Source: an uncultured Methanoregulaceae archaeon
GTDB taxonomy: Archaea > Halobacteriota > Methanomicrobia > Methanomicrobiales > Methanospirillaceae
Direction of reading: 5' to 3'
Assembly: GCA_963701095.1 (NCBI GenBank)
Contig: OY969564.1
Span: forward strand, 736,001-800,000
DNA: 64,000 nt
This document shows, piece after piece, positions 45,601 through 54,370 of this stretch; the stretch's first letter is position 1; each line of letters begins with the position of its first letter. Both the position numbers and the translations under genes were made by a program. The notes below the pieces were generated by a model. The model saw only the letters and a list, made by a program, of their open reading frames with translations. It made no database searches and was not told the origin of the DNA.

Positions 45601-45877
45601 TGGTGATCCGGTGAAACGGTTTTGATGCCTGGTACGCGAGAACAGATCCGAAGAAGATCCAGATAAGGGCCGCACTCAGTGCTATAGTCCGGTAAGTTTG
45701 TGTTGGATTACTGACCACAGCGATACCGAAGTGTGCAGTAACAATCCCAAGTACACCAATGAATGCAGCGAGAAAACCAAAAGCGATGGTGAGACGCCTG
45801 AGCAGGAGTTTTTCCGGCTGTACTGAAGCGGTATTAACAGACGTCTTTTTGTGAAGTGACTCAGGTTCAGTAGTCAC
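42695..45877 (-). CDS. Membrane multi-PAS HisKA_2 histidine kinase
   Basis: TM region, 3 PAS, EIHHRVKNNL, NELVTN, DNGCG. Confidence 0.9.
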   Translation of the reverse strand: MTTEPESLHKKTSVNTASVQPEKLLLRRLTIAFGFLAAFIGVLGIVTAHFGIAVVSNPTQTYRTIALSAALIWIFFGSVLAYQASKPFHRITRLIIQTVLFLIAVVESIEFVLNIQGSHFFVETLLVGLGTIIMGPSSTPISPVASGLIVLTAIALIYLIWVSGTQTKSVQVHDIISIIGLVECVVSFTFIQSYIFGNPLLYGTQLIPIAFLSALAAFFTGAALFTAAGPDAAPVKYMIGNTTRARLLRVFVPLVIIIILIENVVLVWLASALNVHDAVLLSISLVVFTLLIAYVVARISERIGWRLDHAEQELVQKNENLNALNEELTATQEELRQTNDELLASERHLMQKNENLNALNEELTATQEELRQTNDVLLASDLHLRQKNENLNALNEELSAAQEELRQNIEELTQAEKILSINEAKLRRFYDSGLIGVIYWNMNGIITDANDKFLDLVGYSREDLVAGRVDWIHMTPPEYQHLDENSMLELKSVGVNKIPFEKEYIRKDGSRVPIIIAGAMLDAARFNGVAFVLDITRRKRSEEALKYSEERFRSVLDSSKDLIYRENLQTGRYEYISPSAETLTGFSADEFLAMDAGIARSIIHPDDISAMQSALDSLESTGEAEVEYRWLMKNGTYRWFSNHMSLNRDVSGRPLYRNGSIRDITQRKNAEEALRENEEKYRTRFNTLIEGFCVIEVVIDSAGKPVDYRFLEINEAFERQTGLHNAQGKLMRSLAPDHEEHWFEIYGKIAVTGEPEHFENEARALNRWYEVRAFKIGGQESRKVGICFNDITERKKSEEELKQKNDDLRVAYEEISSTHEELQQSVEELRLREQELVKSEADLKEALTEKEVLLSEIHHRVKNNLTAFISLLSLEGSYEDSESGRALRKDLQNRARSMALIHETLYRTGKFSNVDMGIYLKNLVDQIAQSYGSREDVHVVVDVRDVTLSIDRATTAGLIINELVTNSFKYAFPPEFDCMAVRGVPCMIRVSLAREEGKDVLRVSDNGCGFREGFDPLSSKSLGLKLVNFLSRHQLMADISIQRDKGTEFIFRLKNIEHHA
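44660..44932 (-). repeat. In-frame 105-bp (35-aa) tandem repeat, ~2.6 copies
   Basis: QKNENLNALNEEL..QEELRQ three times; gcattgaggttttcgttttt recurs at 44700, 44805, 44910. Confidence 0.85.
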
Positions 45878-46033
45878 GGAATTTTTCCTGCCGCGATATT
45901 TCTTGTAGAGAATTATCTCCTAAATATTGATTCACAATATACACTAAATAATTGTCGAATTGAACAAGCGACGTAAGGGCATTAAATCAGGTCGATAATT
46001 CACAGAAGATGGATTATCCTCTTGTAGAGAATC

Positions 46034-46136
46034 ACCTTCACCCCCCTCAAGGCCGGATCCTTATCCTTTTCATTGCACCAGGGATCCGGTACTATACAAA
46101 TCAAGATCAGAAAGGGACTGGCACTCTACCCGGGAA
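46034..46136 (+). repeat. Palindromic repeat element copy 1
   Basis: ggCCGGATCCttatccttttcattgcaccagGGATCCGGtactat..aaagggactggca. Confidence 0.9.
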
Positions 46137-46361
46137 CATTCAATGCGGAAATCGCTCTGAAGTCGTCCATATCGGGAAAAAGGTCAATAATATCGAAGAT
46201 GAGCCGTTAGAGGGTGGGAACGTTCAGGAATTCAGGAACACTGAAAAAGAGCGGTTGAATATTATTGAGATGCGGCAATGTGATGCACACCGGCTGGGGA
46301 CTAATCGGGGGACGAGGTGGAGGTTAAAGAATCCAAAAAAAATGAATTATCGCCTCCTTTT

Positions 46362-47536
46362 TTAGGGTGGTGAAAGTTTAAAATTACCCATTGAAGAATA
46401 CATTGTGTCTTTTGTACTGGGAATTCCAGATAATTTTAAAATAATTGTAGTGTCTCCCCTTTCGGCTAATGCCGAATCAATCATCAAATTCATAGAGATA
46501 GATCCATCAGAAGTCCCTGATACCGACGTCTTTTCATCACCATGATCGGTGTGAGTTGTTGTGTCTTCTTGCCATGAAATTTTTAGTCCGTTCATACTTG
46601 TAGAAGAATGAGCGGTGATGTCCTCTCTTCCATTTACAAATGTACCAGTGAATAAAACCACTTGTCCCGGGAGCGTCACGGGGTTGGAGTTCTGTATCAT
46701 TTGGCCCCCCTTGTTAAAAAATTGCATAAATTCTTCCAAATCCATAGTAAAGTCACCTGTATCGCGAAAATTGTCGGTAAATCTGAACTTATAATCAGGA
46801 TTTGTGTTTTCTATATCACTTGTGTCTATTTCATACCCCCTTACCATAATAATATGCGCAGCAGTAGTACCGGATTTACACCAAAAAGAAGATATGGCCC
46901 ATTTAAAAGAAAAATATTAAACCCACCAGGATCAGTTGCATTAAAAAACGGTAAAAATTTCAAACCATAGCAGTCATATGCTGGAACAAGAATTTGGTTA
47001 TTTAAGGTAGTTTTGGCTGTAAATGCACCCATCATTGTTGTAGAAGAAACTACCCCCGCTTGGTTTATTACTTCAGGTACTGTGTAACACTTCTGATCTC
47101 GCCAGGATACCATTGTAGCTAGTGCATCGGCCCAACATAACTCGGCTTGATCATTATAAAAGCAGATATCTTTCTTGTATGTAAGCCCCAATCTAAGAAA
47201 AAAAGTACCCTCACCATTTATCTCTTTTTCAGTGTGAACATCTTGATCAAAACCAGCGGAATCTTCAACGATCTTCATATTAAAAACACAATGAAAAGCT
47301 TCCCCAAACATAAGATTTCCATTACTACTCCATGGACTTCCCGTCCCGACCGTATATATATTTAGCATGGCCTGGGACAATTGAGAAGCCCCGACCGGAG
47401 ATAATACGCTGACCATCGGAAGGCTGCCAATGCAATTCGCAATTAAAGAGAACGTAATAGATACTTTAGTTCCACTTCCTACCGTATCAGCAAAAGAAGT
47501 TAGATTTTCAGGAAAGGTTATACTATCAACAACCAT
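46362..47536 (-). pseudogene. AT-rich papain-fold (C39-like) peptidase, frameshift near 46870
   Basis: NDQAELCWADA (Q..CW) in ORF 46841-47536; shifting frame gives AHIIMVRGY leading into ORF 46362-46847. Confidence 0.55.
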
Positions 47537-47667
47537 GGATTTTACTTAATTTGAACCGTTTATATATTTTTTTATTATAGGTTCTGATAAGTTGGCGGTT
47601 GTTTTGTATTTTTTGCCGAGGTATAATATCAGTGATCACACGCGAACTTTTCAGGACCGAACCAATT

Positions 47668-47916
47668 CTATCCTTTTTGAAATATTCGCAAAAATCCAAA
47701 ATGATTATAACAAATAATTGAAACTCCAATTATACATGTAACAAATCCGACACCGGATATTATTTGTAAACCTGTATGAATTTTTGTAAGATCTCCAAAA
47801 TTGCCTATTGAAGATACATAAAAAACAGCACCTACAAGAAACCCTATGACTGCACACAGCAGACCAGATTTATCATCCACCATACAATACTGCATTTGCA
47901 TAAACAAATATAACAT
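47668..47916 (-). CDS. Small two-TM membrane protein
   Basis: Two hydrophobic helices, AT-rich. Confidence 0.45.
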   Translation of the reverse strand: MLYLFMQMQYCMVDDKSGLLCAVIGFLVGAVFYVSSIGNFGDLTKIHTGLQIISGVGFVTCIIGVSIICYNHFGFLRIFQKG

Positions 47917-47973
47917 TCTATCCCCCTACCTGCCGAGGACCATTAACCTTACACCAGCTACCGGAGAACCTTG

Positions 47974-48076
47974 ACTTTCACATCCCTCAAGGCCGGATCC
48001 TTATCCTTTTCATTGCACCAGGGATCCGGTACTATGCAGATCGAGATCCGAAAGGGACTGGCAATTTTACCCAGGA
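47974..48076 (+). repeat. Palindromic repeat element copy 2
   Basis: Identical to copy 1 over ~50 nt (ccctcaa..gtactat). Confidence 0.9.
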
Positions 48077-48137
48077 GTATCCTTACCTCCATCCCCTAAA
48101 ACATTATGGCCGGATATGTAAAGTCGAAAGGTATTTA

Positions 48138-50228
48138 GTGAATAGCCCAAGAGATTTTCTCATAGTGGCTTTGGAACCGAAGACACGGAAAAAGAAGGAT
48201 ACAACTATCCGGGAAATCGGACCTTTATTAAGGGACGATGCAGAGAAGCGTCTTAAAGGTTCCCGGAATAGTTCATCCGATCTTAAAGAGCAAGACAAAG
48301 AAAAAATCATCCATGAACTCCAGGTACACCAGATAGAGCTTGAGATGCAGAACGAGGCCCTCCGGGAAGCTCACCTCGCTCTGGAAGAGTCGTGGGATAA
48401 ATATATCGACCTTTACGAGTTTGCTCCACTTGGTTACATCACGCTCACTGACAAGGCGATTATCAGCGAAGCAAACCTTACGTGTGCTACACTTCTGGGT
48501 GTTGAACGGGAAAATCTGCGAAAAGCACGGTTCAGCAAATTTGTCGATGAGAAAGATGCTATTGAGTGGCACCAGTTTTTTAAAAAAGTGCTGAACCAGA
48601 CAGAAAAACTAAAGCATACACTCATGCTCCGTCGGCCCGACGGGTCTTTATTCTCGGCCCTGCTGGAAGGAATGCCAATCAGGGGAATTAATGGAGAACC
48701 TACCGTCAGGTTGGCAATAAGTGACATTACGGACATCAGGCACATGGTTGAGGTCCGATCCCATCTCGCAAACATCGTTGATTTTTCTAATGATGCCATA
48801 ATCGGCGAAACTCTGGATGGAATCATTACTTCGTGGAATGCAGCCGCTGAGAATATTTATGGCTACACTGCTGCAGAAGTAGTTGGTAAACCGGTTTCTA
48901 TGCTTTTAGCGCCAGGGGATCGAGATGAACTCCCAAGGATCCTTGCGATGATTCGGGTTGGAGAACACATCGACCACATGGAGACAAAGCGCAGGACAAA
49001 AGATGGCCGGATCATAGATATATCCCTGACAATCTCCCCCATTAAAAATGATGAAGGCCAGATACTGGGAGCATCGGCCATTGTCCGCGACATCACCAAA
49101 CGCAAACTGCGAGATAAGACTGCAACCTTCTTAACACAAAGCGGGTACCCAGGTTATGGGGGAGATTTCTTCAATTCGCTGGCGCGATTCCTTGCAGAAA
49201 ATCTGGACATGGATTATGTCTGTATTGATACATTCGAAGGGGATAGCTTAACCGCTCGGACGGTATCCGTATTCAATGAAGGGAATATTGACCTCAATGT
49301 ACAATATGCATTGAAGGATACTCCCTGCGGAGCAGTTGTAGGAAAAACAATCTGTTGTTTTCCCAGAGATGTCTGCCAGTTGTTCCCCAACGATGTTGCA
49401 CTTCAGGAGCTTAAGGCGGAAAGTTATATTGGCACCACCCTCTGGGGTTCTGAGGGAAAACCGATAGGTCTTATAGCGTTAATCAGTCGCAGGCCCCTGT
49501 TGAACCCCGAACCGGCACAAGCGGTGATTGAACTGGTGGCAACGCGTGCAGCCGGGGAGATGGAACTACGCCAAAAAGAAGAAGAACTCAGGAAATCCCT
49601 TGAGGAGAAAGTAGCGCTGCTCTCCGAAATTCACCATCGGGTCAAGAACAACCTTGCGTCGTTCATCGCACTGTTGTCCCTTGAAGGGAGCTATGAAGAT
49701 TCGGCTGAGGGAAAGCGCCTGAAAAGAGATCTCCAGAACAGGGCGCGGAGCATGGCTCTTATTCACGAGACGATCTACAAAACCAGGCAATTCTCGAGCG
49801 TTGAAATGGGGGTATATCTCCCAACACTGATTGAGCAGGTTGCTGCAACATACCGCTCAGATAACTTCATCCGCACTGTTGTTAACGCAGAGGGTGTCAG
49901 CCTCGATCTCGACCGCAGCACTCCCTGCGGGCTTATCGTCAACGAACTTATCACTAACGCTTTCAAATATGCGTTTCCCCCTTCATTCGATTGCAGGTCA
50001 GTTCGTCAGGAAACCTGTACGATCTGGGTATCCTTTACGTTGGAAGATGGGCATTATCTTCTCTCTGTCCGCGACAACGGGGTCGGGCTACCGGAGACAT
50101 TTGACCTGGCAACTGCGAAGTCACTGGGGCTTAAGCTCGTAAACTTCCTAGCCCACCACCAGCTCAAAGCGGATGTCGAAATATCCCGTAAGGATGGCAT
50201 AGAGTTTTTGATCCGTTTCAGAGAATAA
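48138..50228 (+). CDS. Cytoplasmic PAS-PAS-GAF HisKA_2 histidine kinase
   Basis: HELQVHQIELEMQNE, PAS, GAF (TPCGAV), EIHHRVKNNL. Confidence 0.9.
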   Translation: MNSPRDFLIVALEPKTRKKKDTTIREIGPLLRDDAEKRLKGSRNSSSDLKEQDKEKIIHELQVHQIELEMQNEALREAHLALEESWDKYIDLYEFAPLGYITLTDKAIISEANLTCATLLGVERENLRKARFSKFVDEKDAIEWHQFFKKVLNQTEKLKHTLMLRRPDGSLFSALLEGMPIRGINGEPTVRLAISDITDIRHMVEVRSHLANIVDFSNDAIIGETLDGIITSWNAAAENIYGYTAAEVVGKPVSMLLAPGDRDELPRILAMIRVGEHIDHMETKRRTKDGRIIDISLTISPIKNDEGQILGASAIVRDITKRKLRDKTATFLTQSGYPGYGGDFFNSLARFLAENLDMDYVCIDTFEGDSLTARTVSVFNEGNIDLNVQYALKDTPCGAVVGKTICCFPRDVCQLFPNDVALQELKAESYIGTTLWGSEGKPIGLIALISRRPLLNPEPAQAVIELVATRAAGEMELRQKEEELRKSLEEKVALLSEIHHRVKNNLASFIALLSLEGSYEDSAEGKRLKRDLQNRARSMALIHETIYKTRQFSSVEMGVYLPTLIEQVAATYRSDNFIRTVVNAEGVSLDLDRSTPCGLIVNELITNAFKYAFPPSFDCRSVRQETCTIWVSFTLEDGHYLLSVRDNGVGLPETFDLATAKSLGLKLVNFLAHHQLKADVEISRKDGIEFLIRFRE

Positions 50229-50230
50229 TT

Positions 50231-50311
50231 ACTTTCACCCCCCGTGTGGCCGGATCCTTATCCTCCTCAGTGCAGCTGGGATCCGGTGCTATGCTAATCA
50301 AGATCAGAAAG
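50231..50311 (+). repeat. Palindromic repeat element copy 3 (diverged loop, conserved arms)
   Basis: ggCCGGATCCttatcctcctcagtgcagctgGGATCCGGtgctATG. Confidence 0.85.
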
Positions 50312-50328
50312 CAAAAAGCGGAGGTGTC

Positions 50329-50592
50329 GTGATAGGCAGAACGTTTCCCAGTATCCGGCAGGGTGTCAACAGTACAGCAGACCGGTGGACCCGGTCAGCC
50401 CGCTGGCTCAAAAGGGAAGATCAGAAATACGGCGAACAGCTTGCAAAAATGGCAAAGATGTATTCGAGTGAAACGTTTGATGCATGCAATGATCCTCTCG
50501 AAGCTGTGGTTTTCTCCGTGCTCGTGGAGATCATCAAGCGCCAAGACAAACTGGAAGAGAAAATGAAAAATGAGAAAATTAGACACTCTTAA
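50329..50592 (+). CDS. Small helical protein resembling the PolB2-operon accessory family
   Basis: GRTFPSIRQ..DPLEAVVFSVLVE, GGAGGTG RBS; family recalled from memory. Confidence 0.6.
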   Translation: MIGRTFPSIRQGVNSTADRWTRSARWLKREDQKYGEQLAKMAKMYSSETFDACNDPLEAVVFSVLVEIIKRQDKLEEKMKNEKIRHS

Positions 50593-50605
50593 AAGGGAAT
50601 TTGAG

Positions 50606-50652
50606 AGCCTAAGGCGAGATTTGAACTCGCGACTTCCTCCTTACCAAAGAGG
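50606..50652 (-). other. att site: 3' half of tRNA-Thr(GGT)
   Basis: Reverse complement CCTCT-TTGGTAA-GGAGG AAGTC GCGAG-TTCAAAT-CTCGC CTTAGGC T gives anticodon arm, T arm and acceptor 3' strand; no D arm or 5' acceptor strand. Confidence 0.85.
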
Positions 50653-50707
50653 CATTTAGTTAGAGTTCATCCTAACATTTTTTATAGCCAAAAGTAGACT
50701 TTCTTTC

Positions 50708-51850
50708 ATGAAAGTGACCAAATCTTCCGGCAAACATCTCATTTATTTAGACTCACAGGAAATTTCTCACGCCGAAAGAGACATTATCAAAGGATTCATC
50801 GAACAACGGAATGCAATCAAGCCTACGAGCTTCAGGACCAAAGGAAAACAGGCTTATGAAAGTGTATGGATCTGCAAGATTCTTCGGGAGAACAAATCGT
50901 CGCTTGACGCCTGTACAGTTCATGATCTTCTGAAAGTAGCCGGGAATGCTGGATCGGGAGCGTTCACCAAAAACAGCCGGCAGACCAAGATCATGACGCT
51001 AAAAACCCTATCCCAATACATCCACCGGTTCCATCATCCCATAAACAATCTCGATCTACTTACCCATGATGTTAAAGCCGGTGCTGCAGAGTGCTATACC
51101 AAAAAAACACTTTCCATGAATGAGTGGAAACGGTTAATCAACACCCCCATGCCAGCCCGGGACAGAGCAATCATCGCTATGCTCTATGATGGCTATCACA
51201 GGCCAAAAGAGATCCTCTTGTTGAATTGGTCTGACCTTCACATCAATTCAGACGGGGTCGTTGAATATGAGATACGGTTTAAAACCGAGATCCCTCGCAC
51301 AATCGTACAAAAACCATGGACTACCCAAATCCTGAAAACATGGGCCCGCGAAACCGGCGCGAAAATCGGGGAGACAAATAGCCCCATATTCCCTGCTCCA
51401 GACGGCGGTCATTACGTGACAATTAATGTATTAGCTGATGTTTTTGATGATCTTAAGAAAAAGACCGGTTTTACTCATCTAATGCCATCTGTATTGAGGA
51501 ATTCGGCCATGAAGCACGATGCTGATAACGGCATGCCCGTATCCTATATCTGCTTGAGGGCTTGGGGTGTTACCTACAATAAAATGATCAACATCTACAT
51601 GAAGCCGGATAGTGCAAAAATACAGGGAGACCAACACCGGGAACGAGGAATAGAGGATACTGCTCCGATACTGGATGAAGATAGTGCAAAGCTCACCAAG
51701 GAGATCGAGATCCTGAAACAGGAAAGATCCGATGTTTTAGGGGTTGTGTCAGAACTGCAACAGGAAATGAGCCTCATTAAAAAAGTGTTGGAAGAAGTGA
51801 CTGCAAAACAAAAATCAGGGTCCCAAGGAAATCCGATTCAGACTTCTTGA
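50708..51850 (+). CDS. Tyrosine recombinase/integrase
   Basis: RDRAIIAMLYDGYHRPKEI, KT, PSVLRNS, WG, INIY; 55 bp from att. Confidence 0.85.
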   Translation: MKVTKSSGKHLIYLDSQEISHAERDIIKGFIEQRNAIKPTSFRTKGKQAYESVWICKILRENKSSLDACTVHDLLKVAGNAGSGAFTKNSRQTKIMTLKTLSQYIHRFHHPINNLDLLTHDVKAGAAECYTKKTLSMNEWKRLINTPMPARDRAIIAMLYDGYHRPKEILLLNWSDLHINSDGVVEYEIRFKTEIPRTIVQKPWTTQILKTWARETGAKIGETNSPIFPAPDGGHYVTINVLADVFDDLKKKTGFTHLMPSVLRNSAMKHDADNGMPVSYICLRAWGVTYNKMINIYMKPDSAKIQGDQHRERGIEDTAPILDEDSAKLTKEIEILKQERSDVLGVVSELQQEMSLIKKVLEEVTAKQKSGSQGNPIQTS

Positions 51851-52022
51851 TGGAATAAAATCATTTACTCAAAAAAATTGATGAAATATCGACGGATAGT
51901 TTCAAAAAATGAAACTTTTGTTAATACTTATAATGATAGCAAACCGATACTCCCATTCCATCTATAGTAAAAAACGTCTATAAATGGAAAAATCGCAAAA
52001 GTGCTTGTGAAAGAGGAGAAAA

Positions 52023-52358
52023 TTACTTTGAAACCGCGACCTCTTTCGTGCATTTCAGAACATTTTGGTATTTCTTGTCATTGGAGATGATCGTATCCAG
52101 CAACTCTTTCATCCTGTCCTTTTCCTTTGCAATCTGACTCAAAGGCTTAAGGCATACGGAACAATAATTCGCCTTTTGATCATTCAATGTGGAACATTTC
52201 GGACAAGTGATAGCCGAGGTATAGAATTCACACGCGTTCACGATCTGCGTGGTCCTGTCTGTCTTCATTTCCCATCGCTTATTTTCGATTTTATCGGCTA
52301 ATATGGCATCCATCTTTACCGTCACAGACTTCTCATTTTCATGTTTCTTAACTCGCAT
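52023..52358 (-). CDS. RHH + zinc-ribbon regulator (repressor candidate)
   Basis: SVTVKMD..RTTQIVNAC; CPKC..NYCSVC. Confidence 0.65.
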   Translation of the reverse strand: MRVKKHENEKSVTVKMDAILADKIENKRWEMKTDRTTQIVNACEFYTSAITCPKCSTLNDQKANYCSVCLKPLSQIAKEKDRMKELLDTIISNDKKYQNVLKCTKEVAVSK

Positions 52359-52443
52359 TGGTATTACCGTATTACAGTAAGACTACAATAGTATATTATA
52401 CTTACTGATTCAACCTGCAATTGTAACGCTAAAGGATGATTAC

Positions 52444-52593
52444 ATGGAACAAGAGCTTGTTTCACTGACGGTAAAGGTCCCAAAAGGGATGCTGACCAAG
52501 ATTGACAGGACCTGGAGAATACAGAGTGAATTTCACGACAGATCCGATTATGTGCGGCACGTACTCCGTAATGCAATCGAGGGTGCTCCATGA
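52444..52593 (+). CDS. 49-aa CopG-like RHH protein (not in ORF track)
   Basis: MEQELVSLTVKVPKGMLTKIDRTWRIQSEFHDRSDYVRHVLRNAIEGAP. Confidence 0.8.
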   Translation: MEQELVSLTVKVPKGMLTKIDRTWRIQSEFHDRSDYVRHVLRNAIEGAP

Positions 52594-52754
52594 CGAACGA
52601 GGAACCTATGATGGTAACGCAACGGCAGATTGACCGGATCAAATCATACGGTATCCCGGGCGCCGATGATGCACTGAAGGCCCTCATGAAACGTGGGGAA
52701 ATAGTACTTATCAAAGAAAACGGTGGCCAACGTGAACGCACGTTTACCGCTTAA
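52590..52754 (+). CDS. 54-aa hypothetical protein (not in ORF track)
   Basis: ATGA overlap with RHH gene; MTNEEPMMVTQRQIDRIK..ALMKRGEIVLIKE. Confidence 0.6.
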   Translation: MTNEEPMMVTQRQIDRIKSYGIPGADDALKALMKRGEIVLIKENGGQRERTFTA

Positions 52755-53199
52755 GAAAACCAGTGGCGCCCCAGTCCTCAGGCCGGTAAGCACGGGAACG
52801 GGGAACGCCAGTACCCAATCGGAACCGCAGAAGAAAAAGATTGGTGATGCTTGCACGCAGGGCATGTGCCCGGATTGTGGCAGCCCGCTCCGGTTTGGCA
52901 GCCGGGGAAGTGAGAATGACTATTACTGGTGCTCAAATGATGCCTGCCCGGGATTCCAGGGACCGTACCTGTTTCCACTCTATTACGTGATGCAGATACC
53001 CGATTGTCTCCCTGGAGTCATTGATAACGATTCAATTATCGCTGAACTCAAAGAAGGACACGCGATCCAGTCTCTAGCGCTCCGGTGTCCCTGCGCAAGT
53101 GATACAAACAGTATGCCCGGACTACCGGACCTGCAATGTCCCTATTGTGATGGCGACGGTAAACTCTCGTACACGCTGGAGGAGGTCGAGTTCCTGTGA
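52723..53199 (+). CDS. Zinc-finger protein
   Basis: CPDC..CSNDAC, CPC..CPYCDGDG. Confidence 0.65.
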   Translation: MANVNARLPLKKTSGAPVLRPVSTGTGNASTQSEPQKKKIGDACTQGMCPDCGSPLRFGSRGSENDYYWCSNDACPGFQGPYLFPLYYVMQIPDCLPGVIDNDSIIAELKEGHAIQSLALRCPCASDTNSMPGLPDLQCPYCDGDGKLSYTLEEVEFL

Positions 53200-53465
53200 A
53201 GTCCGTTTCTCTTGCCCCGGAAGATTCACTCCATATAATCGCGGTTTTTGGTGATCTGGTTGTTGCAGGATATTTCGAACAAGGCGTTTGGCATGACGTT
53301 ACCTTCACGAAATACTTACAGATCTGCGTAGAATCCAACACTCCACCGGAATACCTCAAGCCGGTAAAAGGGTTTTCCGGGATCCGGTTTATCGTGCCAG
53401 CCAAAGATAAGGGGGAGTTTCTGGCGACCCTGGCCATCCCGGTGTTCAATGGGGGGCGACCATGA
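53196..53465 (+). CDS. Hypothetical protein
   Basis: 4-nt overlaps at both ends. Confidence 0.6.
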   Translation: MKSVSLAPEDSLHIIAVFGDLVVAGYFEQGVWHDVTFTKYLQICVESNTPPEYLKPVKGFSGIRFIVPAKDKGEFLATLAIPVFNGGRP

Positions 53466-54306
53466 CCGAGGCCCTCACTACCCTTTCAAAGATTTTTGAG
53501 GGAAAAGAGATTCGCGTAATCGAGAAAAATGGGGAGGTATGGCTCAGGCTTGATGATCTCGCAGGTGCATGGGGGATTGATCGGACAACCCCCCAGAAGA
53601 TTATCTCACGCAATGAGGAGGTTTTTGAGGGGCTACATTTGTCTGTAGCCGTCGGGGATGTTACGTCACCCGACGTGTGGAATTGCGTGAATGAGCGGGG
53701 TCTCTACCTTATTATGGGGAAAATATCAGCTTCAAGACTCAAAAACAAGGAGTCCCGTGCCGCCATCATTCGCTTCCAACGCTGGGTACCTGAGCTGATC
53801 CAGCAGTACCGGAAAAAGGAAATCGTGCAGGCCAAACAACCGTCTCTTGATGCGGAACTCACCGAAGCGATCCATATCGCCGAGGTGTGTAAAAAATCTC
53901 CCGATCCATTTCTCTCAGCTGTTCTCGAAAAATACGGGAAAAAGCATCTCGCCGTGAAACTCGAGACCCGGCTCTTGCGGTCGTTCATGGTGAACCCGGC
54001 TGGTTCAACGTTTCCCAGCTGGTAGCGATGTGCAATGACCCACTCCTGAATGCAGAACGGCTGAATTATTACCTGTGGAACAATCCCAAAGATCCACAGC
54101 GCCGGCCGTACCAGTACCGGGATATGAATAAACTCTGGCGGTTGACATTACTTGGCCGGGAGCATGGCGAGGAATATCTCTATACCACCCCCTCAAAGCA
54201 CCAGGAGATCAGGATCCGGTGGCGGGAATCAATCCTGTATGCAAGCGGGCTCAAGCAGCAGATAGCGAACGATCAATTGGCATTACAGGGGAAAGCGGGG
54301 GCGTGA
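53462..54306 (+). pseudogene. BRO-N antirepressor-like protein, frameshift near 53970
   Basis: FEGKEIRVIEKNGEVWL, VNERGLY, RFQRWV; shifted frame (HGEPGWFNVSQL) runs into ORF 54028-54306. Confidence 0.7.
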
Positions 54307-54370
54307 CTGGCATGGGAAAACACAAGCGATTCATAGCGAAGGCTCTACCGGCCCTGTTCCGAGGTGCAAC

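Noticed and set aside
46009..46365. 118-aa ORF across repeat copy 1
   Set aside because: Runs through the palindrome in a frame different from the conserved peptide remnant; likely spurious
46034..50311. CRISPR array
   Set aside because: Repeats are ~2 kb apart and 80-100 bp long, with no cas genes
50606..50680. Complete tRNA-Thr gene
   Set aside because: No D arm or 5' acceptor strand complementary to CTTAGGC; only the 3' half is present
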